This document shows positions 1 to 10,803 of a stretch of 64,000 nucleotides of DNA, in pieces (positions within the stretch are counted from its first letter, which is position 1; each line of letters opens with the position of its first letter). This stretch comes from a virus. A program made the translations under genes and the position numbers. The notes under the pieces are model-generated. The model saw only the letters and a list, made by a program, of their open reading frames with translations, was not told the origin of the DNA and ran no database searches. Where the stretch lies: IMG/VR virus record IMGVR_UViG_3300037042_003932, positions 79,879 to 143,878 of that record; one strand, written 5' to 3'.

Positions 1-596
1 TTGAAAATATTCCAAATGAACTCTGACGGGCTCTTAATGACCTCAAGAGGATCTTCAATATTTTCGCTTCCAGTTACGGGAACAGCTGTGGGGACCAAGC
101 CATGACGGAATAACGACAAGGGGTATGACACCATCGGGGTGACTACAGTCTCGCTCGAGGTTCCGACAACGGCGCTGTTCGCGGTAACGATGTCATCAAC
201 CGACGACATATAGTAGAACTTCAGCTGCTCAAAAATCTGTAGAGTAGAACGCAGGCTGAAGTTCACCGCTCGTCCCATGCCTGTGTTCGTGTATCCCCAC
301 TCTATGATCTCGTATTCACCCATCATCCTGAACTGTGGATTGTTGGGCTGGTAGAACTCGTCCAGATAAAATATCTCAACGAGAATTCGGTCCTCAAACC
401 CCAAACGCTGAAGCATGACGTGAGGAGGAACAGTAATCTGAGCAGTCGGAATCTGCCAAACACCAAACTGGACGTTTACAGAGTTTACAGGTATCTCGAT
501 GCCGTCGATGTAAACAAGCCACACAGCGGTATGCGGCCTATTAGTGGAATAATTTTCGGTAGTAGCCGCAAGCGGATTCTGCTTCTTCTTTGGCAT
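1..596 (-). CDS. Putative baseplate hub (gp27/VgrG-like N-terminus), runs off the window edge
   Basis: Manually read open frame absent from the ORF track: MPKKKQNP...VWLVYIDGIEIPVNSVNVQFGVWQIPTAQITVPP...; resembles the N-terminal beta pattern of contractile-tail hub proteins; lies downstream in the virion module. Confidence 0.5.
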   Translation of the reverse strand, partial: MPKKKQNPLAATTENYSTNRPHTAVWLVYIDGIEIPVNSVNVQFGVWQIPTAQITVPPHVMLQRLGFEDRILVEIFYLDEFYQPNNPQFRMMGEYEIIEWGYTNTGMGRAVNFSLRSTLQIFEQLKFYYMSSVDDIVTANSAVVGTSSETVVTPMVSYPLSLFRHGLVPTAVPVTGSENIEDPLEVIKSPSEFIWNIF

Positions 597-617
597 CGAG
601 ACCCTCTGGAGACTCAG

Positions 618-1112
618 TTAGCCGCGCATTTCAATAATGGCTGACATGATTACAATGGCACAGCGAGCAGCCACACGCAACACAGCGTTTGTAGACTTCA
701 AAGACGCGATGAGCATGTTCACGTACTCTTCGTTTATCCGGTAGTTTACAAAAGAGGCAGCAACATTCTCGTACAGTAGGTCGTACTGCCGTAACTCAGT
801 ATCTATGGGTATGCTATTACGCTTCTCACAGATAAGGACCTCTAGCGTCTTTTGCTGGTTAACCAAATCGACGAAGATCGCGGATAGATTACTCCGTAAA
901 GTACGAAGGATAACTTCCCGGGTCTGCACCTCTCGGAGCTCAGTATTAGCTATATGGTCCAGCGTTCTGTTTCTCAAGAGTTCCGCATTAGGCACTCTGA
1001 GAAACCTCGCAGCCATCACCTCTTCTAGCGGTATCATCTTCCCTCGGTGACACCTCCGGTACTCGGGTTCAGGGAGACGCCCTGCTGTCTCAAATTCCCA
1101 GACGTATGTCAT
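618..1112 (-). CDS. Hypothetical protein in virion module
   Basis: ATG overlaps the stop of the upstream gene (ATGA); 164 aa, helical. Confidence 0.6.
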   Translation of the reverse strand: MTYVWEFETAGRLPEPEYRRCHRGKMIPLEEVMAARFLRVPNAELLRNRTLDHIANTELREVQTREVILRTLRSNLSAIFVDLVNQQKTLEVLICEKRNSIPIDTELRQYDLLYENVAASFVNYRINEEYVNMLIASLKSTNAVLRVAARCAIVIMSAIIEMRG

Positions 1113-1663
1113 CCCCACACCAGCGCATTCGTTTTAGTCGCCTGTTGTCCGAACTCGTCATGACCCGTGTAGCGTATGTACACCTTCTGAGCCGTGGGCC
1201 ATGGAACCGTACTCTGGATATAGAACGTAAGTTCATGCCCTTGGGTTCGTCTAACCTTGCTTAGAGTCCCGTCATACGGAGGATAAAAAGCCTCGGTTTC
1301 AACAAAGCCATTGTACGCAATGTCAAAAGTGAGACCGCCATCCACGCTGATCTCCACGACCGACACTTCTTGACTGATCCAACTCGAGTAGCAGTAGGTT
1401 ATGAACTTGAGCACCTGAGTGAGAGACACATTCCTCTGTCCGTCCAACGGACGAGAGAACAAGAATCGAGGCTCAATATCGCTCTTGGGTGTTCCACACT
1501 CACATTGCCCACACGGGTCAATCCCACAACCCCCGGCCATAACCCCGACTTCCGGAGACGGAGGAGTCCCCAAAGGACCTGTCTTCCAGAACTCTTGCGA
1601 ACGGAAACCGTCATCAGAGAAACTTCCGATATTGAGGTTTCGTGGTGCTACTACAAATGGCAT
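1109..1663 (-). CDS. Putative virion structural protein
   Basis: 184 aa, Gly/Pro/Cys motif GGCGIDPCGQCECG followed by a beta-rich domain; tightly packed in the module. Confidence 0.55.
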   Translation of the reverse strand: MPFVVAPRNLNIGSFSDDGFRSQEFWKTGPLGTPPSPEVGVMAGGCGIDPCGQCECGTPKSDIEPRFLFSRPLDGQRNVSLTQVLKFITYCYSSWISQEVSVVEISVDGGLTFDIAYNGFVETEAFYPPYDGTLSKVRRTQGHELTFYIQSTVPWPTAQKVYIRYTGHDEFGQQATKTNALVWG

Positions 1664-1666
1664 CTA

Positions 1667-2251
1667 TCACACCTTTGTAAACCCGAGGTTGCTACTCCAA
1701 GAACCAAAAGGAGTGGTACGCTCAGCTAGGATCGACAAGTAGTACTCGACATCCGGCGAAAAGAGACTCGCGGAGCAAGTGAACTTGAAAACACCTTGAG
1801 AAGTATCCGTAGTTTCAGGACCAAATGGGTATACCAGTGCTCCCGCAGTACTGTACGCAGCCAGAGTCATACTCGTGAGGTCCGTAACGCGTACACCGTC
1901 TTTCGTCATCCAGACCCCAAAGGTTGCAGTCACGCCGTTGTCCGATGCCGTCATCTCAAACTTGACGTTGCTCACAGCTACAAGTTGAGACCCACCGTAC
2001 ACGTCGTCGTTGTATGTGTTCGTGATTTCCCAAGTCCAGTAGCCCGCGTCTAACGCGGTAAATGAAAACTTGTACTCACCTGATGTTCCGATTTCCACGA
2101 CAGCTTGGTCCAACAGAGGAGACGCAACGACTCCGTTAAACCAAATAGTGATTGTAAAACCAGTCACACCTGTATGCTTGGTGACACCATCCGGCTCATA
2201 AAGAGGAAAGGTGTCTACAACGCTGAAGTTCAAAGTGGTAGGAGGAGCCAT
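1667..2251 (-). CDS. Putative virion protein with two Ig-like beta-sandwich segments
   Basis: Thr/Val/Gly-rich; GEYKFSFT and GVFKFTCS repeats typical of Ig-like/upper-baseplate domains; RBS GAGG. Confidence 0.55.
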   Translation of the reverse strand: MAPPTTLNFSVVDTFPLYEPDGVTKHTGVTGFTITIWFNGVVASPLLDQAVVEIGTSGEYKFSFTALDAGYWTWEITNTYNDDVYGGSQLVAVSNVKFEMTASDNGVTATFGVWMTKDGVRVTDLTSMTLAAYSTAGALVYPFGPETTDTSQGVFKFTCSASLFSPDVEYYLSILAERTTPFGSWSSNLGFTKV

Positions 2252-2261
2252 GGTTTACCTC

Positions 2262-5200
2262 TCAGTCCGTGATTCTAATTTTGTTAGTGCCGCGAACTTC
2301 TGCTCGCACGCTGTCCAGGTATACGTACCGAGAGCTGCTTGTGGTCTCTCCACAGATACCAAACGCACCCGGCATGATATGATTTGTGTCCACGGTGGTG
2401 CATGTAGCGAGCACTGTTTCTCCTGAACGAGCAATGAGAGTCAGGGTGCTACCCACAGCCTCAAACTCAAGCTCAACAGTATCTCCTACAGTATAGGGGC
2501 ACGCAATAGTAGCCAGGGAAGTTCTACCTTGCGTTCCTGCGCTGTCAAAGACACGCTCTATCTGCAACAAGGTATTCCCCGTTGAGATGTGATACAGCGT
2601 CCCCAAGTACCCATGCGCAATTCCAGTTCCAGCTGTGGCCCAGTGAATTCGTGTGAAGAATCCAATGCGGCCACCTGCGTACCCAACACGCGCATCACCT
2701 AAGATAGAGACATCCCTCAAATAGGGATAAGCGTCCCAGCGCTCCCAACCAACTTCAGAACAACGCGCCGCATTGGAATAGATATCCCATCCGTCACCTG
2801 TCTGAGTGATGACGTCCCAGAAGTCACCAAGGTTCGTAGCGTCTGCCCGCGTGAATCTCTCGATGTACTTAAACGTGGAACGTTGACTCACTTGTCCCCA
2901 AGTAGCGTCACGATCTCCGAGTAGCAGAGCGCCGTTGGGTTCCTGTTTCGCTGCGTACTCAACAACCCACGCGTCAGTTATCTCGTGCACGATGGGTTCC
3001 GCCCACCATCCACCACCCTTTATGCGCAAGTCTGCGGGAGCTGCCCACAAAGATTGATTGATAGGTCCCGGAATCCACGCTTTACCGATAGCGCCAGCGT
3101 TGTTCACGATTATCCCGCAGCCATAACTGACATGCTGCCAAAAATCGATTATAATCGGAGTATCGAATCGTGCTCGTGCTGTGTCCTTGTGATAACCACC
3201 CCAGAATAACGGCACTTCACACGTCTGCGTTCCACGTTCAGAGTCGTAGATTGCTAACCTTATTGTGGGGTCCGCTATTCCGTGAACCTGGTCTCTTACA
3301 TAAGTTCTAGCGACGTCGTCACCGCTATTATAGAAAGAGAGCGTAAACCGATTTGTGATAACTAACCCTGCACATTGCACGTCAACTAAAAGTAACTCGT
3401 CGGTCTTACATAGAAAACTTGCTTGGGGCATCATGGTCATCGATACGTGCATCCACCTAGGATCAAGACAATCATCCCATTGGATCTCTTCCGAACCCAT
3501 AGTTGTTCCTTCCGGAACCCAGCTATGAGGCCACAATGTTCCAATGTTCAGCATGGGTGCGTCCCACCCTACAGCCTGAGAGTCCTGGTAAACACGAACA
3601 TACGCTCGCCACTCGTCCTCAAGGTCTAATGGGTTTCCTCCGGCGAGATCCAAAGCGGCGTGCTCACGCCACCACCATCTTGGTGGATGCATATAGTACG
3701 TACGATTACGTCGTGTAGTCAGCGTACCTGTTGCCGTTGAACCAGGAGCATTGTTGATCCTGATGTAACCTGAAGTAGTCTCTGGACCTGCTTTGGCGCT
3801 CCAGCTCGTACACACCTTCGTATAACCAGCTACAGAGAAACGAACATTCGTCCTCGAGTATGCGTAGTTTTGATTTTCTGGTTTTGTGAGAGTACCATCG
3901 GTGCTGTCGTGTAAAAAACCACCTGTGTACGGGCCAGGTAACGGAAGTCCCGTACTCGCGTCCTCTTCAACACCACCTAACAACAAAGTAAAACTATACC
4001 CTGTGTCTAGGTAATAGGATCTAGCTGCTCGCCAACGCGACCACAAACGATTCCAATACGAAGTCCCACCGTAATCTTCTGGATCTCCAGCGTCACCAGC
4101 ATCAGCCAAAAGCTGTTCGTCGTTAACAGACCAAGCAGACCCTGACCACTGAAGAGTCCATACACCAGGGTGCACAGCGCCTGTAGCCGGGTCTTCACCG
4201 CCGTATACCCAAATGGTGTCTACCCCGTCATAACTCAAGGCACACGACACCAGGTTACGAGGTAAAGTAGATCCCGTAAGCGTTACAAGATACTCAGTCG
4301 CTACGGGGGTTGCTGGGTTAACGATAACCACACGAAGTTTAGACGAGTGTACTTCTTTACCTCCAACGACTACAGCCATTCCGTCGAGGGACCCTCCAGA
4401 ACAAAAGACAGCTTCCCCTCCGGAGTCTGCAGTAGCCAAAAGGTTCGTACCGAGCTCTGTGATAGTCCCCGCGCCGCTTGTGTCTACAACCAAGACAGTT
4501 CGAGAGTACACACCTGTCGTGGCTTCGCCTCCCAAGATGTACAACTTTTTGTTAGCCGGGTCCCACGCGGTAGCTGCGTTCATACGAGCTGACGCGTACG
4601 TTGCGGGGGTAGTTTTAACTCCACCGTTCCAATAGGTTAACAAAATACCTACTAAGTCAGTGCCTAAAAGAACATACCGATAACTGAGAGTATCAGTTAC
4701 GCCCGCAAATCGAAGTTGTTGTGTCGTGTCAGCTACTGAGTCTGCTCCAGTGATAGTTAAGTTTGTAGAACCACTCCAAGTAGAAAAATAGAAATCACCT
4801 GTAGGTGACACAGAAGCAAGAACAAACATATGTGTGACATCGGTAGCCACCTGAACATCATGTACGTCACTAGGCCCGACCGTAGACTCTAGAGGTACTT
4901 CTAGCTTAAGAGTCGGATTGATTACTATGTTTCTACCTTGGTAATCGATATGCCGCTCTTCTCGGCTACTCTCTAACATTTCACTTCTAGCTTTATCCCA
5001 GTAACTTGGACGGTAGGATTCTACTGTACTCGGACCAGCCTTCTCGTTCCATATAGTGAATCCCGCGTTATTAAAATAATTAATCGAAGGTGAGCCGTAC
5101 GTATTTTCAACAAGAACAGCGTCTCGAGGTGTGCAATAATCCCCTTGCATAACTAGAGCGCAACACAAGGCATAATCCAAAGTGTAGTTACATGCGCTCT

Positions 5201-6254
5201 GGTATGTCTCAGGGTCCGTATCAACCGTGACGTACGCCACCTTGTTGTACTCGTTGACCATCGACACAATTGGAATACCGCCGTTCTCTTCACGAGTTCG
5301 CGTAGAGTTCCACGTGTGCCAATGCGGGACATACCTACTTCGGAAGTAGTTGACGAAGAGATCAGGGTCTCCGTCCTCTTGAACTCTTTTTGCCTGTGTC
5401 GCTTTCAGATATCTGTAAATTATGTAGTCGGCCCAGCACGTGAACCAATCGTACTCGTCAATCTCTCGGAAGGTCCTGTCCCTACTCTGGTACCGCGCCC
5501 CATCACCCGCTGTGGAGTGCTGGTCCATGAGAAACGCTACCGGAGTGGGTTGTCCTCCGTTACCTGTGGTACGCCAGGTGTACATCGCCTGAGCCTCAGG
5601 GCAGTCAAGAGGAACTGCACCTTTGGACTCATTCGCAGTAGGTGTGAACTCATCCCAGTACCAAGGCCACACACGGTTCAGGTTGATGTACTTGTCCACA
5701 CCGCTAGGGTGTGGTCCCAACTTCCGGATATCACGAGTACCAAAATAGAAACCATCCGGATTACAGCATGGCATGAAGAAGAGAGTGAAATCGTTACGAA
5801 GCTTCTCGAAGTCAGGATGCGTAAGGAGGATCTCCATCGCCTTGAGCGATCCTGGAAGACCATCAGATTCATTACCGTGGATCATACAATCAATAACAAA
5901 ATGTTTACGATCTGCTGGACCCAACCTTAAAGCTTCTAACGGTCTGCCTTCGTAACTCGAACCTAGAAGAATACGTTCGACGCTGGGGTTACACGCCTCT
6001 AACACGTCCATCCAATCAACAAGGTAATCTGTAGTGTTCCCTGGGATGTTAAAACACGCAGGGTCGTCGTTATACGCGGTAAAACCTTGTGTCGCTTCAA
6101 AGCGATGATATATGCGTACAGGTAACTGAGGTTCAAGAATAAAATTAGAAACTATGCGAGGTTCGTGGGCCTTTACCGCTTTCCCTGTAACCGGACACCA
6201 CGCAACGGATGAGCGATAGAACTCGGAGTCAGCAAACTTTAGGTACCGCGTCAT
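2262..6254 (-). CDS. Fibre/spike-like virion protein with M14 zinc carboxypeptidase, Kelch-like propeller and C-terminal LamG-like domain
   Basis: M14 motifs IHGNE, PCCNPDG, NLNRVWP, DQHS; Kelch GG motifs (LYILGG, VVVGG, IWVYGG, LLLGG); C-terminal GAFGI...YLDSV beta-sandwich. Confidence 0.75.
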   Translation of the reverse strand: MTRYLKFADSEFYRSSVAWCPVTGKAVKAHEPRIVSNFILEPQLPVRIYHRFEATQGFTAYNDDPACFNIPGNTTDYLVDWMDVLEACNPSVERILLGSSYEGRPLEALRLGPADRKHFVIDCMIHGNESDGLPGSLKAMEILLTHPDFEKLRNDFTLFFMPCCNPDGFYFGTRDIRKLGPHPSGVDKYINLNRVWPWYWDEFTPTANESKGAVPLDCPEAQAMYTWRTTGNGGQPTPVAFLMDQHSTAGDGARYQSRDRTFREIDEYDWFTCWADYIIYRYLKATQAKRVQEDGDPDLFVNYFRSRYVPHWHTWNSTRTREENGGIPIVSMVNEYNKVAYVTVDTDPETYQSACNYTLDYALCCALVMQGDYCTPRDAVLVENTYGSPSINYFNNAGFTIWNEKAGPSTVESYRPSYWDKARSEMLESSREERHIDYQGRNIVINPTLKLEVPLESTVGPSDVHDVQVATDVTHMFVLASVSPTGDFYFSTWSGSTNLTITGADSVADTTQQLRFAGVTDTLSYRYVLLGTDLVGILLTYWNGGVKTTPATYASARMNAATAWDPANKKLYILGGEATTGVYSRTVLVVDTSGAGTITELGTNLLATADSGGEAVFCSGGSLDGMAVVVGGKEVHSSKLRVVIVNPATPVATEYLVTLTGSTLPRNLVSCALSYDGVDTIWVYGGEDPATGAVHPGVWTLQWSGSAWSVNDEQLLADAGDAGDPEDYGGTSYWNRLWSRWRAARSYYLDTGYSFTLLLGGVEEDASTGLPLPGPYTGGFLHDSTDGTLTKPENQNYAYSRTNVRFSVAGYTKVCTSWSAKAGPETTSGYIRINNAPGSTATGTLTTRRNRTYYMHPPRWWWREHAALDLAGGNPLDLEDEWRAYVRVYQDSQAVGWDAPMLNIGTLWPHSWVPEGTTMGSEEIQWDDCLDPRWMHVSMTMMPQASFLCKTDELLLVDVQCAGLVITNRFTLSFYNSGDDVARTYVRDQVHGIADPTIRLAIYDSERGTQTCEVPLFWGGYHKDTARARFDTPIIIDFWQHVSYGCGIIVNNAGAIGKAWIPGPINQSLWAAPADLRIKGGGWWAEPIVHEITDAWVVEYAAKQEPNGALLLGDRDATWGQVSQRSTFKYIERFTRADATNLGDFWDVITQTGDGWDIYSNAARCSEVGWERWDAYPYLRDVSILGDARVGYAGGRIGFFTRIHWATAGTGIAHGYLGTLYHISTGNTLLQIERVFDSAGTQGRTSLATIACPYTVGDTVELEFEAVGSTLTLIARSGETVLATCTTVDTNHIMPGAFGICGETTSSSRYVYLDSVRAEVRGTNKIRITD

Positions 6255-7612
6255 ATCTGTCCTCGCGCAATGGTCTTCATATAGGCTGAAAGAACCCGAG
6301 CATCTTTACGTTGTAAAATGTTATTTCCCATCGCTACTTTCGACATGTAACAGTCTGCCGCAGTTGAACCTTCTCCGGTTGTAGAATCTGTTCCTATACG
6401 CAACTGTGCAGGAGTCACACCTCTAGGAAACCATCCAGTAACTGGGTTTGCGACACTGTCTAATTTTCGACCGTTAACATACAAAGATGCGTACTTAGAC
6501 CCATTATTGATCTCCCAACACGCAACGATACCCATCGCCGCAAAACCATCCCAGTCGGAGAGACAATCGAGATACGCGTAGTACACGGGAACAGTGTCTC
6601 CGAGGATAACAATCAATCGATCATTGCTATCGCTCATCGTGACTCTGATTCTTTGAAGGTCGCTATCAAGATTCAGAAGGTACGCTGATTTATAGGAGCC
6701 AACTCCCGCGTAATTCAAATGTCCTCGGGACACAGAGGGGTCAGGTAACACAACGCTCATAGCTAACCAACCAGACTGCTTTATAGCTATCTCGGCGTTA
6801 GTGCTCTTCAGGTACCATAAGCCACGGCTGTACGTCGTAGGACCAAGATCAATGGGGATAGGTGCCCGAGTGATATTCTCAAAAGAAGACCACTGAGAGT
6901 AGCTCATGGGGCAAGCCACGAACCATCGCCCTGTTCCGGCGGTTACGTTAAGAGAAACGTACACCGGAGTGACCAAGGGAGCTGTTAGCATCACTGCCCA
7001 CCAGCCACGAGAACCCGGCAGTTTACGCCACCAGGTACTCGCACTGGACGTACGCGTACCTGCAGTAACATTTATCCCTATGGTTACGACGCCTACCGGC
7101 GATGTTCCGTCTTCACTCTTAATGAGAAACTGGTACACGCGAGTATACGCTGCGCTGTTGGAACACGATTTCTCGATGACAGCATCGTTAGCGTCGACCT
7201 CTGTATCTATTACTGTGACATCCCCCATGGTGGTACCCACCATGATGTCTGCTACGACACCTGTCTCCTGATACAAAGAGCCAACAGGTGTAGGTGCAAC
7301 AACGTCAAAGGCAAGGTTCACAGCATTCCATGTAGCTGTCCAACGCTGTTCAACATACCCATCCGAAAAATATCCAGCCGTTCCAAAAACCTCTTCTGGG
7401 TTTGCTGCAGGCGTGACTACTTTGAAACGTTCATTCCCTGAATCCCATACAGAAAAAGCTTCAGTCGTTACGGTGGCGTCAGCATCAATCGTATCGAACT
7501 TAAGGTTACCATCGCCCTCAATACCCTTACCTACCGCTCTATTTCGAATAGGGTCCCAAACAAAAGTTGGGTTGAGTTGCGTTAAGAGAGCTCGTCCAGT
7601 TCCTGATATCAC
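6251..7612 (-). CDS. Virion protein with C-terminal LamG/concanavalin-like domain
   Basis: GIVACW...ASLYVNG...LRIG...MSKVAM pattern; coupled to neighbours. Confidence 0.6.
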   Translation of the reverse strand: MISGTGRALLTQLNPTFVWDPIRNRAVGKGIEGDGNLKFDTIDADATVTTEAFSVWDSGNERFKVVTPAANPEEVFGTAGYFSDGYVEQRWTATWNAVNLAFDVVAPTPVGSLYQETGVVADIMVGTTMGDVTVIDTEVDANDAVIEKSCSNSAAYTRVYQFLIKSEDGTSPVGVVTIGINVTAGTRTSSASTWWRKLPGSRGWWAVMLTAPLVTPVYVSLNVTAGTGRWFVACPMSYSQWSSFENITRAPIPIDLGPTTYSRGLWYLKSTNAEIAIKQSGWLAMSVVLPDPSVSRGHLNYAGVGSYKSAYLLNLDSDLQRIRVTMSDSNDRLIVILGDTVPVYYAYLDCLSDWDGFAAMGIVACWEINNGSKYASLYVNGRKLDSVANPVTGWFPRGVTPAQLRIGTDSTTGEGSTAADCYMSKVAMGNNILQRKDARVLSAYMKTIARGQI

Positions 7613-9225
7613 GGCGTCACCTGAGGAACAACGCCCATGCTGTACACCATAGCTTGGACATAGAAAGTGAGATCAGGGTCTCCTACAAGACCATCGTGCC
7701 TAACCTCGATAAAGATGGTGTTCTTCTTCGCGGGATTACCGTCCTTATTAATCCACGGAACCATCCACCATGATGTAACCGGGAGTACTCGAGTACCAAT
7801 ATCCCAGCTACCCGCGTCAACTAAGGCTTCTGATATGTTAATATACCCTGTGAGTCTACTACTGCACAGTGCATACTCTTTTCGGGAGTCATCTTCGAAG
7901 ATCATCAAGCCCTCGTCTACTTCGATAAGATCATTCGACGCCACTTCCAAGTACGTCTGTGGAGACGTCATCGCTACGGTCAAAGCAGTCTGCCTAGCTA
8001 TCCCAATTCCCTGCCACACAAGCTCTTTGCCTAGAGCACTACTCGTCTCGTAGACGCGAACACGAAAAGGAATTTCTGTGTCTGTCTTTGCCACAGGAAA
8101 TCCCCAAGCTCGGAGCCAGAGAAGAACTCCTGAATTACCAGTCGCAGGTACCTCAAATAAGTACGTGGCTCCCACAGCCACAGCAGTGCTGTAGGTTGCG
8201 ACAGGTTCATCTAGGACGTTGTCTACTAGTACCCAGGTACCCGGAGTACCTCCAGCGGTACAACGCCACTTGATGCCTGCAGAGTCTAGTATCTCAGCCC
8301 CTGTAGCGTATGTGCCTGTTATTGGGTAACCGGCAGCTATCGTTGGGATGCACCCAACAGAGTCAAAGACTTTATTCGCAGCGATAGACTGTAACGTGGA
8401 GTCGTCAACGGCCCCATGAACAACCGCCCCAAGGGCTGTACCAGCCACGTGTACCGGGGCTGTCTCGTCAGGGGAGATGACAAGTTTCCCCAACGAGAAA
8501 GCCAACCCACTCGTGGAAGACAGAGCTACCCGGGGTTTCCCGGTACCGTCGTCCTCGATACCGTCGCCATACGGAGTCGGGATGATCGTCGGGACTCCTC
8601 GGGGAGATGCTGTTACGGCGGAAAGTAGGAACGTCGCAGTCTGGTCAGCAGGCACACCACTACAGTACAAGGTGCAATAGAGCGACCCGGCTGTCTCAGC
8701 GTTGAAACCAAAAGAGTACGATGACCTCTTCGTGGGAGATGCTAAATCAACGACATGCGTACATACACGAAGAGTCTTCGCTACGTCGTCATAGATCTCA
8801 ACAGTCAGCTGTCCTACAGACGTCGTCGGTGTAACCGTTAAAAGGTATCCAATACCCTCAACGGTATACGCGTCTATCTCGGCCAAGACGAATTCAGTAC
8901 CGTCCAGTAGAGTAACAGCATGAGCAACATAAGAAGTATCGTATGCCCCACTCCATTCACCGCCGAGTTCATCGAGGACCCAATGAGAATTAGTGATACC
9001 ATCGATCAATGTGTAAAAGGCTCTAGTACCGTCTCCTCGGTCAAGAACACGAACAGGCATTCCAATACGCCGTCTATCCGACGTGATAGCATCTCGTTCG
9101 GTTAGAGTAGCTACCGTGCGCCAACCACCTCTGCCGTAAATCTCGTCGTGGACTGCATACGTGTCTTCACTGTCCGATGGGGCGATAAAGCCTGTGAAGC
9201 GAACTGATCCCGGAATAGCCGCCAT
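7609..9225 (-). CDS. Tail fibre/structural protein
   Basis: N-terminal GGWRTVATLTERDAI..DRRRIGM motif common in phage fibres; WRCTAGGTPGTW repeat-like motif; RBS AGGAGG. Confidence 0.65.
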   Translation of the reverse strand: MAAIPGSVRFTGFIAPSDSEDTYAVHDEIYGRGGWRTVATLTERDAITSDRRRIGMPVRVLDRGDGTRAFYTLIDGITNSHWVLDELGGEWSGAYDTSYVAHAVTLLDGTEFVLAEIDAYTVEGIGYLLTVTPTTSVGQLTVEIYDDVAKTLRVCTHVVDLASPTKRSSYSFGFNAETAGSLYCTLYCSGVPADQTATFLLSAVTASPRGVPTIIPTPYGDGIEDDGTGKPRVALSSTSGLAFSLGKLVISPDETAPVHVAGTALGAVVHGAVDDSTLQSIAANKVFDSVGCIPTIAAGYPITGTYATGAEILDSAGIKWRCTAGGTPGTWVLVDNVLDEPVATYSTAVAVGATYLFEVPATGNSGVLLWLRAWGFPVAKTDTEIPFRVRVYETSSALGKELVWQGIGIARQTALTVAMTSPQTYLEVASNDLIEVDEGLMIFEDDSRKEYALCSSRLTGYINISEALVDAGSWDIGTRVLPVTSWWMVPWINKDGNPAKKNTIFIEVRHDGLVGDPDLTFYVQAMVYSMGVVPQVTP

Positions 9226-9234
9226 GGACTCCTC

Positions 9235-10191
9235 CTAAGAAACGACGATGTTGATGGCTGAGCCAATAATGTTGGTGGAACGATGAACTCGGTAGCTAGT
9301 CGTCTGTGAGAAACCATTGGTCACGTTTACGGTGTAACTTGTCTCAAATGGGACATCAAGATTCGTGCTCGCATCTTTGAAAGTTGAAGCCGTTCCAAAA
9401 GATGCCGGGTAGCCTAGGTACTTATGGCCACCAGCGCTGAAAGCGTACGTGCCAGCAAAAGCATTAGACAAACCACCCACACGAAGAGTCTCAATATCCC
9501 CTTCAATGAGAGGGCCTGCATTTACCGATTCTCCATAGAACTTTTTCCACTGCCAAGTTACCGTGAATGTATTCGTGAAGGTACCTGAGTTAGTGTTAAC
9601 ACCGTTTATCCGAAACACATGGGTTGTAGCGCTTGTTTTGGTGATTAGGGAAGCGGGGTAACTGGTAACCTGTACCCCATCATTAGCCGTCCCACTTAGA
9701 ATCGTGACATCACCACTAGTGACGTCTACCAGGTCAATCGAATTGGTAGCGACGTTAGCGCTGTTCGAGGTGGTCCATACGAAAGTTCTATTCGTGGAGA
9801 TTGAATCTCCGACCTCCAACAATATAGATTGTCCCGAAATCGAAAACGCAGTGAACGCCGGGTACTGATACGGGTAGAGTAAGCCATCGAACATGGCCGA
9901 CATTGTCGCAGCATCAAATGTGGACCCAGCAGGCCACCCACCTACCGCTGTGGGCATAGGCGTTGTGTTCGTGTAAGTGTCACCGCCGCCACCCCCACCG
10001 CCCATGGCCTGGACTATCGCGTTTATCAGGCTGACCGTTCCGAAGGAATCCACATAGTCTTCCCACTCGGTATCGGCAGAGCTCAATGGGATAGCAGCAA
10101 AATTGGAGGGGACGAGAGCCCCGTCAACCGCTTCCAACAAGTTACCATCTCGGAAAGTCTGGTTGCCTAGGGTTCTCGTCTCTCGAGACAT
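9235..10191 (-). CDS. Tail-associated structural protein
   Basis: VGGWPAGSTF...LLYPY motif and Thr-rich Ig-like segment typical of phage tail proteins. Confidence 0.6.
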   Translation of the reverse strand: MSRETRTLGNQTFRDGNLLEAVDGALVPSNFAAIPLSSADTEWEDYVDSFGTVSLINAIVQAMGGGGGGGDTYTNTTPMPTAVGGWPAGSTFDAATMSAMFDGLLYPYQYPAFTAFSISGQSILLEVGDSISTNRTFVWTTSNSANVATNSIDLVDVTSGDVTILSGTANDGVQVTSYPASLITKTSATTHVFRINGVNTNSGTFTNTFTVTWQWKKFYGESVNAGPLIEGDIETLRVGGLSNAFAGTYAFSAGGHKYLGYPASFGTASTFKDASTNLDVPFETSYTVNVTNGFSQTTSYRVHRSTNIIGSAINIVVS

Positions 10192-10193
10192 AT

Positions 10194-10709
10194 TTACTCC
10201 TTCAGGATGCCACAGCGTAACAGCATAAGCATAGTCCTGCCGTCAAATACGCTTTCGTCAGAATCGCTCCTAATTTTAGTATTTTCTACGCTGATGGTGT
10301 ACGGCTCAAAATCGTGGTCTTCCTGTAGGAGTTCCTGCTCCTTTTTGGCCAACGCCTTCCTGTCTTCTTGCGCCTGGGGATGTTCTTCAACGAGAATTTT
10401 CATATCAGCGCGAAAAGCATCCATATCTGCAATCGTGTACGCTCGTCCTCCTGGTTGTTGAGGGTCCGCGTGCGTCATAGGGTTACCATTCTCATCCTGT
10501 TGCGCGTGTCTCTCTGCTACACTTTTTCTCGCGACCTCATAAATCGCCATAGCAGGAGACTCATGCAGCAGACTCTGCATGAGCTTAGCGTGTTCCAAAA
10601 TTCCATGGAGGTTTTTCGCCGCCATCCACGCTACTTTTAAATTGTTGCTGTTCAGCGAAGGAGTCAATACGGTACGGAGTTCCAGCAGTTCATGGTTTTT
10701 CAACTTCAT
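10194..10709 (-). CDS. Putative fibre-associated chaperone (DUF1617-like)
   Basis: Helical and charged; MKLKN..L....KVAW..AKN pattern seen in genes adjacent to phage fibre genes. Confidence 0.45.
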   Translation of the reverse strand: MKLKNHELLELRTVLTPSLNSNNLKVAWMAAKNLHGILEHAKLMQSLLHESPAMAIYEVARKSVAERHAQQDENGNPMTHADPQQPGGRAYTIADMDAFRADMKILVEEHPQAQEDRKALAKKEQELLQEDHDFEPYTISVENTKIRSDSDESVFDGRTMLMLLRCGILKE

Positions 10710-10803
10710 TTTTGGTCCTCTATGCGTGTGTGATTTCTAAAGTACCTTATGACTTTTTGGGGGATTACGCAATGGTCGTTAGCTATAACAGGGGAAGCGT
10801 TCG

